Below, piece after piece: positions 10,033-18,998 of a DNA stretch of 64,000 bases. The stretch comes from a virus. The notes under the pieces were generated by a model. It searched no databases, was not told the origin of the DNA, and was given only the letters and a program-made list of their open reading frames with translations. The position numbers and the translations under genes are program-made. The stretch lies in IMG/VR virus record IMGVR_UViG_3300050821_003315; one strand, 5' to 3'. Every line of letters begins with the position of its first letter. The first letter of the stretch is position 1.

Positions 10033-10269
10033 CTAGCAGCCGTCCCTAGTTTCAACTGGAGCTACGCTAAACGGAACAAGGCCGCCCCTGGCAAAATAGG
10101 GAGACTCCTCGATTAGCACGATGAGTTCGATATCTGTAGCGCCCGCTAGTGGTGCCGTAGCTCCTACGACGCTAACAATTCGCTGGCTTTCATGCAATTC
10201 AACGCCGTCAACAGGAGATGCGCCTGGCTTAAGGTGCGGTAGCTTCACTGTCTTAACGAAGTACTTCAT
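10033..10269 (-). CDS. Hypothetical protein
   Basis: ORF in operon. Confidence 0.55.
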   Translation of the reverse strand: MKYFVKTVKLPHLKPGASPVDGVELHESQRIVSVVGATAPLAGATDIELIVLIEESPYFARGGLVPFSVAPVETRDGC

Positions 10270-10271
10270 GA

Positions 10272-11246
10272 TTAAGATGCTCCCGTCGCGATGTTAAGAC
10301 CCTCGAACAGGTCGTGGTACTGGGCGGAAAGGCCGCCGTTTTCAAGGTTCAGGTTAACGAAGCAATTACCCGACACTACGTTGTAGGCCCGGTTAGCTGC
10401 GGCTGTGCCGCCATCATAGCCCACGTGGTCACCCATATAGGTGTTAGTCAGAGAATTACCAGTGATTACTGAGTGCTGTCCGCAGGCATAGATGCCGCCC
10501 GTAAGGTGATTGGAGCTATTGCAGCCTGTCATGACGAGCCGAATGAAATCACCCGGAGTGCCACTTACGAAGTCAGCGTAATTACCCTGTGAGTCCTTCC
10601 AGCTACACCCGATGACAAAAGCCTCACCCGCGCCTGAACCTAGACTGTCATAGGTAATCACTGTCTGACCAGGCTGGCCCATAGCCTCCAAATCACAGCC
10701 CAGCAGACGCACGCCTTGCGTAGGCTGGAAGCCGTAGCCGGTAGGTCGGTAGAAGCGACAGCGTGTGAAGGTGTGATAACGGCCATTACGAGTGTTCCCC
10801 GCCGCCATAGGATTACCCGGCCACGGCAAGGAGATAAGCGCCCCAGCACCTCCTGATGTAAGCATAGGCAGCGTACCGCCAGCGCCTTGGAAGTTACCAT
10901 CGAATGTAATGTCCTCAGCATTGAACTGAGACACAGGAACAGTCGTCGCATAACTGACCATGCCGCTGTACTGGAAATAGGCCCCTGCTACTAGTGAAGT
11001 ATTGCCAATACCCGCGCCCTTGAAGGTGACCGTCCCGCCTGCATTACCTGTCCAGACTCCGGTGGTGAAGTTGTAGATGGCAGGAACAACCGACCTGCTC
11101 TTGATTAGGTACTTACCTGTTGGAAAGTAAATCTCGGCGTCTGCACCCGGTACTGCCGTGAGGGCAGCGTTGATAGCCTTTTGAATAGGCACTGAGTTGT
11201 CTGTAACGCCGTCGCCAACGCCACCGTAAGTCAAGATATTGAGCAT
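10272..11246 (-). CDS. Stand-alone beta-helix (pectate-lyase-like) protein, paralog of the centre of 7798..9999
   Basis: NILTYGGVGDGVTDNS..IQKAIN, YFPTGKY; shares GRYHTF.RC.FYRPTGYGFQ and ADFVSGTPGDFIR with the neighbouring gene. Confidence 0.8.
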   Translation of the reverse strand: MLNILTYGGVGDGVTDNSVPIQKAINAALTAVPGADAEIYFPTGKYLIKSRSVVPAIYNFTTGVWTGNAGGTVTFKGAGIGNTSLVAGAYFQYSGMVSYATTVPVSQFNAEDITFDGNFQGAGGTLPMLTSGGAGALISLPWPGNPMAAGNTRNGRYHTFTRCRFYRPTGYGFQPTQGVRLLGCDLEAMGQPGQTVITYDSLGSGAGEAFVIGCSWKDSQGNYADFVSGTPGDFIRLVMTGCNSSNHLTGGIYACGQHSVITGNSLTNTYMGDHVGYDGGTAAANRAYNVVSGNCFVNLNLENGGLSAQYHDLFEGLNIATGAS

Positions 11247-11265
11247 GGCACAAGCCTACCGTAAC

Positions 11266-11295
11266 GCAAAAGGTCCCCGGAACACCGGGGACCTT
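11266..11295 (-). terminator. Intrinsic terminator
   Basis: AAGGTCCCCGG-TGTT-CCGGGGACCTT followed by a T run on the minus strand. Confidence 0.8.
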
Positions 11296-11299
11296 CGCA

Positions 11300-11377
11300 C
11301 TATAGACGCCGGATGAAAAAGATGATTAGCAGGATGAGAGCGACAGCAACGAGCACTGCCAACCAGCCAGTAACCAT
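11300..11377 (-). CDS. 25-aa single-TM peptide (MVTGWLAVLVAVALILLIIFFIRRL)
   Basis: Not in track; AAGGAGG SD; hydrophobic helix plus basic tail; followed by terminator. Confidence 0.65.
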   Translation of the reverse strand: MVTGWLAVLVAVALILLIIFFIRRL

Positions 11378-11388
11378 GTTCAACCTCC

Positions 11389-12165
11389 TTACGTGTAGGA
11401 CTTGCCTCCAAGAGCCTTGAAGTCAGCCACGAGCTGGGCAACAGAAACACCCGAAGCCTCAAGACCATTGGACTTTGCGAAGTCGGGGGTCACTACGACC
11501 CAAGCCTCTTCGCCATACTTCTCAAACCAACCCCAGGTCATGCGCTGAAGAGCGCCCCAGGTAACTACGCGAGCAAACTGGGGGTCCCACTCCTGCATGA
11601 CCACACAGTGACCGCCGATGATGGAGTTGTTAGCATTCGGGTCCACTGCCCACGGCTGGCCAGCAGAGAACTGGTCCTCAGCAGACTGCGGAACGTTAAT
11701 GCCTAGGTAAACAGAGCCGAACCAGCGAAGCGCCAGGCGCATGTCGGTAAGGCTACTGATGTTCACGGAAGCGAAAGCGGAAATCTTGTGTCCCGCCATG
11801 CCTGTGTCGTGCCAGTACTGGAGAACGTCTTGTTCTACCGCGCCGTTGTCGTTAGCGCCAGTGGACGGGTTGTAACCAGAGACGGCCTCGTAAACCTTGA
11901 GAACGTCATTGTCGGCAACAGTCTTCTCAGTGCTCGCAAATGCCGTGAACGCCTGAATAGCGTGACCAACGCCTGCACAAGTACAGTCGCCAATCTGGTC
12001 ATTGAGGTACATCGGCCAAGTGGGCACCTTGGATGCCCAGTCGATGGTGCCGGGCAGTGTTGCTACTGCCGCCGCACGAGCCTCGGCAGGAACGTAATCA
12101 GCCAGGTGGACTCGCGGGTGAGTTGTTTCGGGATGGGCCGGAAGCCGACCGTACTTTAGGCTCAC
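11389..12165 (-). CDS. Papain-like (C1-type) cysteine peptidase
   Basis: IDW...NDQIGDCTCAG (Cys), GGHCV (His), VVTWG, YGEEAW. Confidence 0.7.
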   Translation of the reverse strand: MSLKYGRLPAHPETTHPRVHLADYVPAEARAAAVATLPGTIDWASKVPTWPMYLNDQIGDCTCAGVGHAIQAFTAFASTEKTVADNDVLKVYEAVSGYNPSTGANDNGAVEQDVLQYWHDTGMAGHKISAFASVNISSLTDMRLALRWFGSVYLGINVPQSAEDQFSAGQPWAVDPNANNSIIGGHCVVMQEWDPQFARVVTWGALQRMTWGWFEKYGEEAWVVVTPDFAKSNGLEASGVSVAQLVADFKALGGKSYT

Positions 12166-12419
12166 TGCTTTTCCTTCCAGGAGTTTGTTGTCTCTTCTAC
12201 AGCATAGACGATATCCATGGATAGGTCATCTAGCCATTCCTCGGCGTCACCGATTGTTTCCGCTACGTAATCAAGTCCGTAACCGCCCCACCGGAATTCA
12301 CGTACTGCTTCACGAATTTTAACGAAAACTGCTTCCTTGAAATCAGTATCAGTACTCACGCCAAGCGAGGTTACCTCAGCCGCCGCAGTCCTGCGCACGC
12401 AGTCGTTGTTAAACCACAC
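12162..12419 (-). CDS. Hypothetical protein
   Basis: Overlapping operon ORF. Confidence 0.55.
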   Translation of the reverse strand: MWFNNDCVRRTAAAEVTSLGVSTDTDFKEAVFVKIREAVREFRWGGYGLDYVAETIGDAEEWLDDLSMDIVYAVEETTNSWKEKQ

Positions 12420-12738
12420 TAGGCGTCCCCATGCTCTTGGGCCTGCGGAACAACTGCCCCTTCTCTATTACGTCTACCTCACGGCAACCGTCTAGCTCGT
12501 CAGGGTAATTACCCGTAAGGAACAGGCGTGTCAACTGGTCAGAAGTAATCCGGGTCTTGAATATACGCTTGCCTTTTACGGTCTTCAGCAGGCTAACAGT
12601 AACGAACTCACTACCCAGTGCACCTAGCACGTGGGTCAGCAACTCGTCGTCCAGCCAGAAATAGTAAGAACTGTCGCTCATTATAGTCTCCCTGTAAATT
12701 TGAGGACTTATGAGCGACAGCTTACCACTTAAACCCAT
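12409..12738 (-). CDS. Hypothetical protein (start may be the downstream MSDSS)
   Basis: Operon ORF. Confidence 0.5.
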   Translation of the reverse strand: MGLSGKLSLISPQIYRETIMSDSSYYFWLDDELLTHVLGALGSEFVTVSLLKTVKGKRIFKTRITSDQLTRLFLTGNYPDELDGCREVDVIEKGQLFRRPKSMGTPSVV

Positions 12739-12968
12739 TCGTCAGGGTCCTCATCATTACACACAGGTACGGATGTGCGTGCAGTAACTGTCGCGCCGTG
12801 ATGGTCAAGCCTAACGTGGTTCATAATACCGTCTGCGGAAGTTATGAGAGTCTTGCCCCCATTAATCGCACAGTTAAGACACCAGCCCTCGCCCGCATCA
12901 GGCCCAACGTCCAATTTGCGCGCCAGCCACAGGCGAAACCTGATGTACAAACCATTAGGGTTATTCAT
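12729..12968 (-). CDS. Hypothetical Zn-binding protein
   Basis: CLNC...H...H. Confidence 0.55.
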   Translation of the reverse strand: MNNPNGLYIRFRLWLARKLDVGPDAGEGWCLNCAINGGKTLITSADGIMNHVRLDHHGATVTARTSVPVCNDEDPDEWV

Positions 12969-13116
12969 CGTCCCATCCCATCGCCTCTACGAACACTGCA
13001 TATACCTTAGCATGACACGCATCGCACGAGCCAGTGTAAGGATTCCACACGTCGTCACCGCAACTCTTACACGGCTCTGGCTTCCGGCTCCGCTCCGGCT
13101 TCTGGATTTTAGCCAT
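12961..13116 (-). CDS. 51-aa Zn-ribbon protein
   Basis: Not in track; MAKIQKPE...CKSC...CDAC...; fills the gap between HNH and the next gene. Confidence 0.6.
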   Translation of the reverse strand: MAKIQKPERSRKPEPCKSCGDDVWNPYTGSCDACHAKVYAVFVEAMGWDDE

Positions 13117-13648
13117 CAGGAATTCCTTTCAGGACCAAAACACCGGGATTCTTATACTGGTCTCTAGTAGCCGTCCTTATTCTGTGACAATTAGCACAAA
13201 CTACCTCGCACTTAGCTATCTCAGTAAACAAAACTTTAAGCGATTGCATGTAAAGTTTACCTATGTCTCGATACTTAACTGTTCCCGGCAAATGGTCGAA
13301 TTCTAGAGCCGCTGGGTGCTTATCGTATCCGCAGTCAACACAACCAGACATAAGTTTTATGATATTTACCATATGTATTCGGCGTTGATATTTAGCGGTA
13401 GCGTATTCCTTCTCTCGATTACGCAAATCCGGATTAGCCATTCGCGCTTCGTACGTACTGCCATTCTTAATACTGTTGTAGGCTCTCTCAGCCTCCATAC
13501 TCTGTGGACTACTGTGAGCTTTTTTCTTGTGACCCGGTTTCCGGGCACACCAAGTGCGGGCTTTAGGCATCCATTCACCGCACTTATCTGCGAAAAAATC
13601 AGGAGCTGTCGGGCCAATAGGCGAAAGGCTTGTCAGGGTCGGCCCCAA
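13109..13648 (-). CDS. HNH endonuclease (true start possibly ATG at 13570)
   Basis: CVDCG...LEFDH...KCEVVCANCHRIRT; visibly more AT-rich than its flanks. Confidence 0.85.
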   Translation of the reverse strand: MGPTLTSLSPIGPTAPDFFADKCGEWMPKARTWCARKPGHKKKAHSSPQSMEAERAYNSIKNGSTYEARMANPDLRNREKEYATAKYQRRIHMVNIIKLMSGCVDCGYDKHPAALEFDHLPGTVKYRDIGKLYMQSLKVLFTEIAKCEVVCANCHRIRTATRDQYKNPGVLVLKGIPDG

Positions 13649-15767
13649 TCTTTACGTAAAAGTCAGGTGTGCTAAGAACATCAGTCTCCATGCACTCTTT
13701 TAGGGTCTGAACTGCCTCGTCTGCCTCCTCCTGTTTTACGAAGCAAATTACCTCATCATGCACAGGTAGGATAGGATACTGCGCCCAGCGCGTCTTGTTC
13801 CACCGCAGGACACCATCTACCAGGAGTTCGCGAGCAGTGCCCTGGATAGCGTAATTACCGAAAGCATGCCCGCTGTTGATGTAGATATTGCGGCCTGAGT
13901 ATGTGCGATAGATACCGCGACGGCTGCCAGGTAGGTCGTTGCAGTAGTTCTGCCCGTTCTCGTAGTCCCGCCACACCATCTTGCCCTCGTAGAAGCACTT
14001 GCGCAACCACTTGTCCCACGCCGTGTACACAGGAGCAATCTTGGAGAACGCATCGTGTACTGCCTGAGACTCTTCAAGCGTAACGCCTGTCTGACGTGCG
14101 CCAGCAGCAGGCGAGCCACCGAACAGCTTGGAGAAGATGATGCGCTTGGCAACGTAACGGTTCTCCTTGGTAGCTCCTTCGCCCCACGCGATGTGAGCCG
14201 CCAGCCAGTGGAGTCCGGTGTGGTGCTTACCGCAAGTGCAAGGATTACCTTCGCACAGGTAGCACTTAGGCGAAATCTCAGCCTCTAGAACTTCCTTGTC
14301 TCCTGACAGGGCTGCCGCAACGCGGATTTCACACCCTTGGAAGTCAGCTGAGATGCCTAGGAACTCCTCGTCAGCACGCACGCACTGCCTGATGCCGCCC
14401 TGGCGAGAGAACTGCTGACCGTTGGGACGCACGCAGGATGTACGACCAGTGTCTGCGTTGATGGTGTACACCGTAGGTCGCATGCGACCATCACCGTAGT
14501 CACACAGGTTCTCCAATGGCCGCAGAAGAAGACCCAAGGTGGTCACAGCGTGCCTGTAGGCAAGGATTGCCTTGCACAGCACGTTACCTTCCTTGGCAGG
14601 GCGCTCTAGAGATGCTTTAGCTGCGGATGGCTTACCAGTCTTCTCACTTAGCTCCAGCTTGCCGTCAAGCTCAGGGAAAAGTTGCAACAACTTCTCGCCT
14701 GTATCCGGTGAAGACGGGTTCTCTATGAGTCCGCTTGACAAGTACTGAACGATAGCGAGAAGTTCTTCGCGCTCCTTTTCGTACTTAGCAATCATTGACT
14801 TAACGTGCTCAGTGTCTAGCTTGAACCCGGTCCAGGCAACGCGTGAGCAGATAGCCTCAAACTCTCGTTCACGGTCGAGCACACTGTTGTCCACCGGCAG
14901 CGATGGCAGCATGCGTAGCACTGCACCTAGGTCCAGTACGTCAGAACCTGCATAGACAATCATGGTCTCGCAGTTCTTGTTCACCATGTACCAGCCATTA
15001 CGCTCAACTGGAGTGGTGATTTCAGTACTGACCAGGCAACCCATTACCTTGAACAACGCGTTCTTGGCTTTCTCGGCCAGAGGCGCGGTGGCGTAGTGCG
15101 ACAGCAGGGCTGCGGCTAGCTCCTTAAGGCCCTCGGCATCGGACCCAGATTGCTTAGGGTCCGTCAGCTTGGCGTAGAGCACGGAATCGTGCATCTTGAC
15201 CCAAGCCTCGTCCCAGCCAATAAGGCCCGCGATAACGCAAGGCACCAGGTCAGCCACAGCACTGTGCGCATGAAGCTTGACAGACATCTTGAGCGCCAGG
15301 GACGCCAGGACCATCTGCTCTTCGTCATCAGCATCCAGTACTACGGCGTAATGCTCGCCGCCTAGCTGGACCGTACGAAGCGCGTAGTGCTCGTGCCCTG
15401 GCGGGTAACCAGAAGTCTCCACGTCCAGGCACAAAGCGCTCAGGTAGTCCTGAAGGACTTTCCAGGCAGTCGCGGTATCGACGGAGACCACTACGCCATC
15501 GCGGCCCACTACAGCAGGTAGCTGGTGCTTAGGCCCCTCGGCCTCTTCCAGCTTGGCCACTGCTAGCGCTAGCTTCTCACGAATCTTTACCTCGGCCTTT
15601 TCGGCCTTAAGCCTGGCGCTCTCGGCAGCACGCTCTTGCTTGCGGAATTCCATCTCTGCCTTGCGGGCAGCCGCAGCGGCCTCCCGCTCGGCTAGCTTCG
15701 CAGCAGCCTTGTCGGCCTTGATGCGAGCACGCTCCAGCTTTTCATCTTCACTCAGTCGGCTTGCCAC
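13599..15767 (-). CDS. polA: Family A DNA polymerase with 3'-5' exonuclease domain
   Basis: ExoI LDVETSG, ExoIII YAGSDV, TGRTS..PN.QQ, motif A ADFQGCEIR, motif B R...K...F...FG, NYAIQGTA, motif C VHDE. Confidence 0.92.
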   Translation of the reverse strand: MASRLSEDEKLERARIKADKAAAKLAEREAAAAARKAEMEFRKQERAAESARLKAEKAEVKIREKLALAVAKLEEAEGPKHQLPAVVGRDGVVVSVDTATAWKVLQDYLSALCLDVETSGYPPGHEHYALRTVQLGGEHYAVVLDADDEEQMVLASLALKMSVKLHAHSAVADLVPCVIAGLIGWDEAWVKMHDSVLYAKLTDPKQSGSDAEGLKELAAALLSHYATAPLAEKAKNALFKVMGCLVSTEITTPVERNGWYMVNKNCETMIVYAGSDVLDLGAVLRMLPSLPVDNSVLDREREFEAICSRVAWTGFKLDTEHVKSMIAKYEKEREELLAIVQYLSSGLIENPSSPDTGEKLLQLFPELDGKLELSEKTGKPSAAKASLERPAKEGNVLCKAILAYRHAVTTLGLLLRPLENLCDYGDGRMRPTVYTINADTGRTSCVRPNGQQFSRQGGIRQCVRADEEFLGISADFQGCEIRVAAALSGDKEVLEAEISPKCYLCEGNPCTCGKHHTGLHWLAAHIAWGEGATKENRYVAKRIIFSKLFGGSPAAGARQTGVTLEESQAVHDAFSKIAPVYTAWDKWLRKCFYEGKMVWRDYENGQNYCNDLPGSRRGIYRTYSGRNIYINSGHAFGNYAIQGTARELLVDGVLRWNKTRWAQYPILPVHDEVICFVKQEEADEAVQTLKECMETDVLSTPDFYVKIGADPDKPFAYWPDSS

Positions 15768-15830
15768 TGGCTCAGCCTACCTCCAGTCTCCACTGCTTCG
15801 ACTCTCACCATCAGGTGTGTCTTTTCTTTT

Positions 15831-15975
15831 GGGTTGGGTCACCGTGTGTCGGGTCACTGGGTTGGGTCAGGGCTTCTATTTCATAGAAGGGCACCCATGA
15901 CCCACCCCACTGACCCAGTGACACTGAGGGTGATTATTGGGTCATGACCCAGTGACCCAACCCAGTGACCCAGTG
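15831..15975. repeat. Iteron-like TGACCC/GGGTCA cluster, putative replication origin
   Basis: 9 copies of the hexamer in both orientations; 19-bp inverted repeat 15851-15869/15953-15971; palindrome TGGGTCATGACCCA; lies between prim-pol/helicase and polA. Confidence 0.7.
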
Positions 15976-15977
15976 CC

Positions 15978-18308
15978 TTAGTCATCTTCATCAGAGTCCT
16001 CCGGGAGGCTCAGGTCGATGTCCTTAGTAGTAGGTGTAGGGATGGGAGACTGACGTACTTCAAACTTGCCACTGCTGTCCGCAATTAGATGACCGGTACG
16101 CTTTAGCCTTTTTATAGGAGAACGCACTGCTTCATCTGACGCAAAGATTTCTGGGTACTGTGCCCACACTTCGCGACTTAGCTCACGCTGGCCGTATTTC
16201 AGAGGTTCTTCGCCCACGATGGCCAGGATGGCTCTGTCACGGCGTGCTACGTCTTCGTCGCTAGTGCGCTCTCTCGGCTGCTTGACAGTCTTAGCGGGCG
16301 TCTCGTCGCCGTTCAGCACCTCTCCAGGTGTCGGTACTTCATCAGCCACAGGCGACCAGTTACGTAGCTCAGGCATCCGGGGGTAGTCCTTGATGGACGG
16401 TCCGCCGCTATCACCAGCCGGCACCCACAGGTAAGCAACCGCAGTGTCCACTGTGTGGTGCCCGTAACGGTCCTTGGTGACCGTCATGGCAGAGTAACCC
16501 TCGGACTTACGGGAGAATGCTTGTAGTTGCTCCACCTTGAACACGTAGTCAGCAGCGGATTCCTTCCGCTCAGAACCGAACGTGCCCCCTATGCCCGTCT
16601 TGGCAAGGTGGTCAAGGATTACGATGGTAGCGCCTACGCCTACAGCAGGATTAAGCACGTCTGCGTACACCTGCTCTACGGCGTCGCCGTCGTTAGCTGA
16701 GGTAGCAGGGGCCACGTCCTGTTGCAGACCGCGCCAGGCGTCGATGACGATAAGGCAGTCAGGATACTGAGCAGCTTCGAACGCAAGGTCCGGAGGAAGT
16801 TCATCAGTGTAGTGAAGCTGATTACGTACAACCTCATCTGAGACTATGCCGCAAATCTTCAGCTTTTCCCGCAGCAGTGCAGGCTGGCGCTCGAAGTCCA
16901 CCCAGATTACGTGTCGGTCTGCCCGCATTTCCTGAGCTGCGAAAGCAGCTGCGACCCAGGTCTTACCTGACGCCCGGTGTCCTGACAGCACGCTTACAGT
17001 CTTGCGCGGAATTACCGCTGAAGACTTCTGGTCCTTGCCTACTACTTGCAGTCGTTCCGGCTCCGGAATTTCCTGCTGTTGAGTGATGTCCTGAAACCCC
17101 TTGAACTCTTTCTTCAAAAGGTCGCGGACATCCTTTTCCGCAATCTTGCGCGCTAGCATCCGGCCTACTTCCTGCTTGTACACAGGAAGACCACGAATCA
17201 TGTCGTGGAAGTTAGCGGTGGTTACCTGCGGCTCAGGCTCGAAGTCGGGGTCATCAGGGTCAAAGCAGATAGGAATACCCGGCTTCTGCTCTACCACGAA
17301 GTTAGTAACAGCCTGAAGACGCTGCTTAGCAGCCTCATCAAACGCCTTCTTGCGCTGGTATTCCTCTTGCGTACGCTCTGCTTCTTTAGTTAGCTGCTCG
17401 TCAGTGGCGTGGGACTGGTCCTTGACGAACTCGTACTCGAAGTCCTGGCGGGCCAGGTTCTCCGCTACCTTGCGCTGAGTATTGGTGTCCAGCAGCGGCC
17501 AAAGGTCGGACTCGCGCCAAGGACGTGCAGGGTCCAGGGCAAGTGAGCACCGGAGCATCTGCTCCATAGCTACTTCCACAGGCTGGCGGCTGTTCATTAT
17601 CTTCATGCCGAAGCCGGCCAGCTCCTGGCGCGTTCCCAAGGAGTCATCAGCCTGCGCTAGCCACCATTCCGGGCCGTCGCAAGGAGCGTTGTAAGCCATG
17701 GCAGTTTGCGGAACAGGAGGGTTACGCAGATAAGCTACCCAAGCTTCCGGCAGCTCGGGCAGGTCATTAACGTTCGGCAGCTTTCCAGGCTCCCCGTCAG
17801 GGTCGAAGCACATTACCACCTGGCCATTCTTGTGGTTGATGTCACCTGGTGCCCAGGAGAAGCGGTGCGCAGTGCGCACGATTTCCACGTTGGTGACACC
17901 ATCAGTGCCGAATGCGGAAAGCGCACTGTCGGTAAAGTCAAGGTCTACGGGCTTGCGGAATAGATACCGCCCTGACGGGTTTTCATCTCCACGAGATGAC
18001 ACCTTCCAGGTGAGAGGCAGCGGTCCAAGACGGGCTTCGGCCGCGTCAATGGTGTCGGCTCCGCGCTTGCCGTCGTAATGGTCTACGTCGAAGACGACGA
18101 CGTTAGTTGGCGGCCGGAACGCCAGTCGATGTGCACCATCAGGCTGCCTGCCGTCCCACCCGTAGGGGGCTGAGCCACCAGTGGAACCGTGCTGCGGGGT
18201 GAAGGAACCGCTCTGCCTGGCTAGGCAGAACACCGGCTGCCAGCCCTTGTCTACCATCTCCCAAGCTAGGTCCTGCACTGTCTCACGAGGCGTGAGGGCA
18301 AACTGCAT
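15978..18308 (-). CDS. Prim-pol (bifunctional primase/polymerase) fused to RepA/AAA_25-type helicase
   Basis: N-terminal VVVFDVD; Walker A GHRASGKT, Walker B IVIDA, ILDHLAK. Confidence 0.8.
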   Translation of the reverse strand: MQFALTPRETVQDLAWEMVDKGWQPVFCLARQSGSFTPQHGSTGGSAPYGWDGRQPDGAHRLAFRPPTNVVVFDVDHYDGKRGADTIDAAEARLGPLPLTWKVSSRGDENPSGRYLFRKPVDLDFTDSALSAFGTDGVTNVEIVRTAHRFSWAPGDINHKNGQVVMCFDPDGEPGKLPNVNDLPELPEAWVAYLRNPPVPQTAMAYNAPCDGPEWWLAQADDSLGTRQELAGFGMKIMNSRQPVEVAMEQMLRCSLALDPARPWRESDLWPLLDTNTQRKVAENLARQDFEYEFVKDQSHATDEQLTKEAERTQEEYQRKKAFDEAAKQRLQAVTNFVVEQKPGIPICFDPDDPDFEPEPQVTTANFHDMIRGLPVYKQEVGRMLARKIAEKDVRDLLKKEFKGFQDITQQQEIPEPERLQVVGKDQKSSAVIPRKTVSVLSGHRASGKTWVAAAFAAQEMRADRHVIWVDFERQPALLREKLKICGIVSDEVVRNQLHYTDELPPDLAFEAAQYPDCLIVIDAWRGLQQDVAPATSANDGDAVEQVYADVLNPAVGVGATIVILDHLAKTGIGGTFGSERKESAADYVFKVEQLQAFSRKSEGYSAMTVTKDRYGHHTVDTAVAYLWVPAGDSGGPSIKDYPRMPELRNWSPVADEVPTPGEVLNGDETPAKTVKQPRERTSDEDVARRDRAILAIVGEEPLKYGQRELSREVWAQYPEIFASDEAVRSPIKRLKRTGHLIADSSGKFEVRQSPIPTPTTKDIDLSLPEDSDEDD

Positions 18309-18438
18309 CGTTGCTCCGTCCTGTCGGGGAAGACTCCAGGGTACTCCTCAAGGTGAGCACTCCGCTGGCTGTAACGACGTTTTGGCCAGGTCTAGTTCCG
18401 GGAATACTTACGTTGCCGACAACGTTGACAAGCGCGTG
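18309..18438. promoter_or_regulatory. Divergent promoter region
   Basis: Switch point between the leftward replication operon and the rightward early operon; contains TGAGCACTCCGCT. Confidence 0.55.
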
Positions 18439-18642
18439 ATGACGACTGAGTGGCGAGACGCCAAGGACGGGACTACGCCTCCAGTGCGCAGGCTGTGCTG
18501 GGTGTGGGACTACACCTACGACCGTGTTGTACTTGCGGTGAACGACGGTGAGCACTGGTTGCACTGGAACACCGAGAGGGTACTGCCAAGCGTCACTCAC
18601 TGGGCACTCTTGCACATCCCGTCTAAGCCAAGGAACGCGTGA
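18439..18642 (+). CDS. DUF551-like small protein
   Basis: MTTEWRD...PP...VTHW..L..P pattern; the track's 18181 start is too long. Confidence 0.6.
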   Translation: MTTEWRDAKDGTTPPVRRLCWVWDYTYDRVVLAVNDGEHWLHWNTERVLPSVTHWALLHIPSKPRNA

Positions 18643-18998
18643 ACATGGAACCTACAGCCGAGCAGCTAGCTAAGCTACCTAAGTGGGCACAACGTTACAT
18701 CCGTACGCAGCAGATGTACATCGAAAATCTTAACGCTCACGTAGATGAGCTATCGCAAGGACCTGACGACTCTGACACCTTCGTTGAACATTACAGCACG
18801 TACCCTACGCGTCCGCTTGGTAAGAGTCCAATTATCAAGTTCAAGCTAGGTGAAGATGAGCACGAAAGAGCAGTTCACCTTCGCGTACATGAGCGTAATG
18901 ACGGCAGTAAGTACTTGAACGTGATGGCTCTTAGCTCCTGGGTCAGCATTCGTCCTAGGTCAGGAAACACCTTTGACATTTACATGGAGGAAAGGTGA
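18639..18998 (+). CDS. Hypothetical protein
   Basis: GTGA-coupled ORF, KLPKWAQ start. Confidence 0.65.
   Translation: MNMEPTAEQLAKLPKWAQRYIRTQQMYIENLNAHVDELSQGPDDSDTFVEHYSTYPTRPLGKSPIIKFKLGEDEHERAVHLRVHERNDGSKYLNVMALSSWVSIRPRSGNTFDIYMEER

Noticed and set aside
7798-11246. Diversity-generating retroelement (TR/VR pair)
   Set aside because: No reverse transcriptase in the window; divergence between the copies is general, not adenine-specific
13599-15767. DpoZ / 2-aminoadenine genome
   Set aside because: No purZ, datZ or mazZ-like gene in the window; motif changes alone are insufficient
15831-15975. Mini CRISPR array (also considered for the 21.2-kb repeats)
   Set aside because: Units are 6-9 bp, irregularly spaced, with no spacer-length unique sequences
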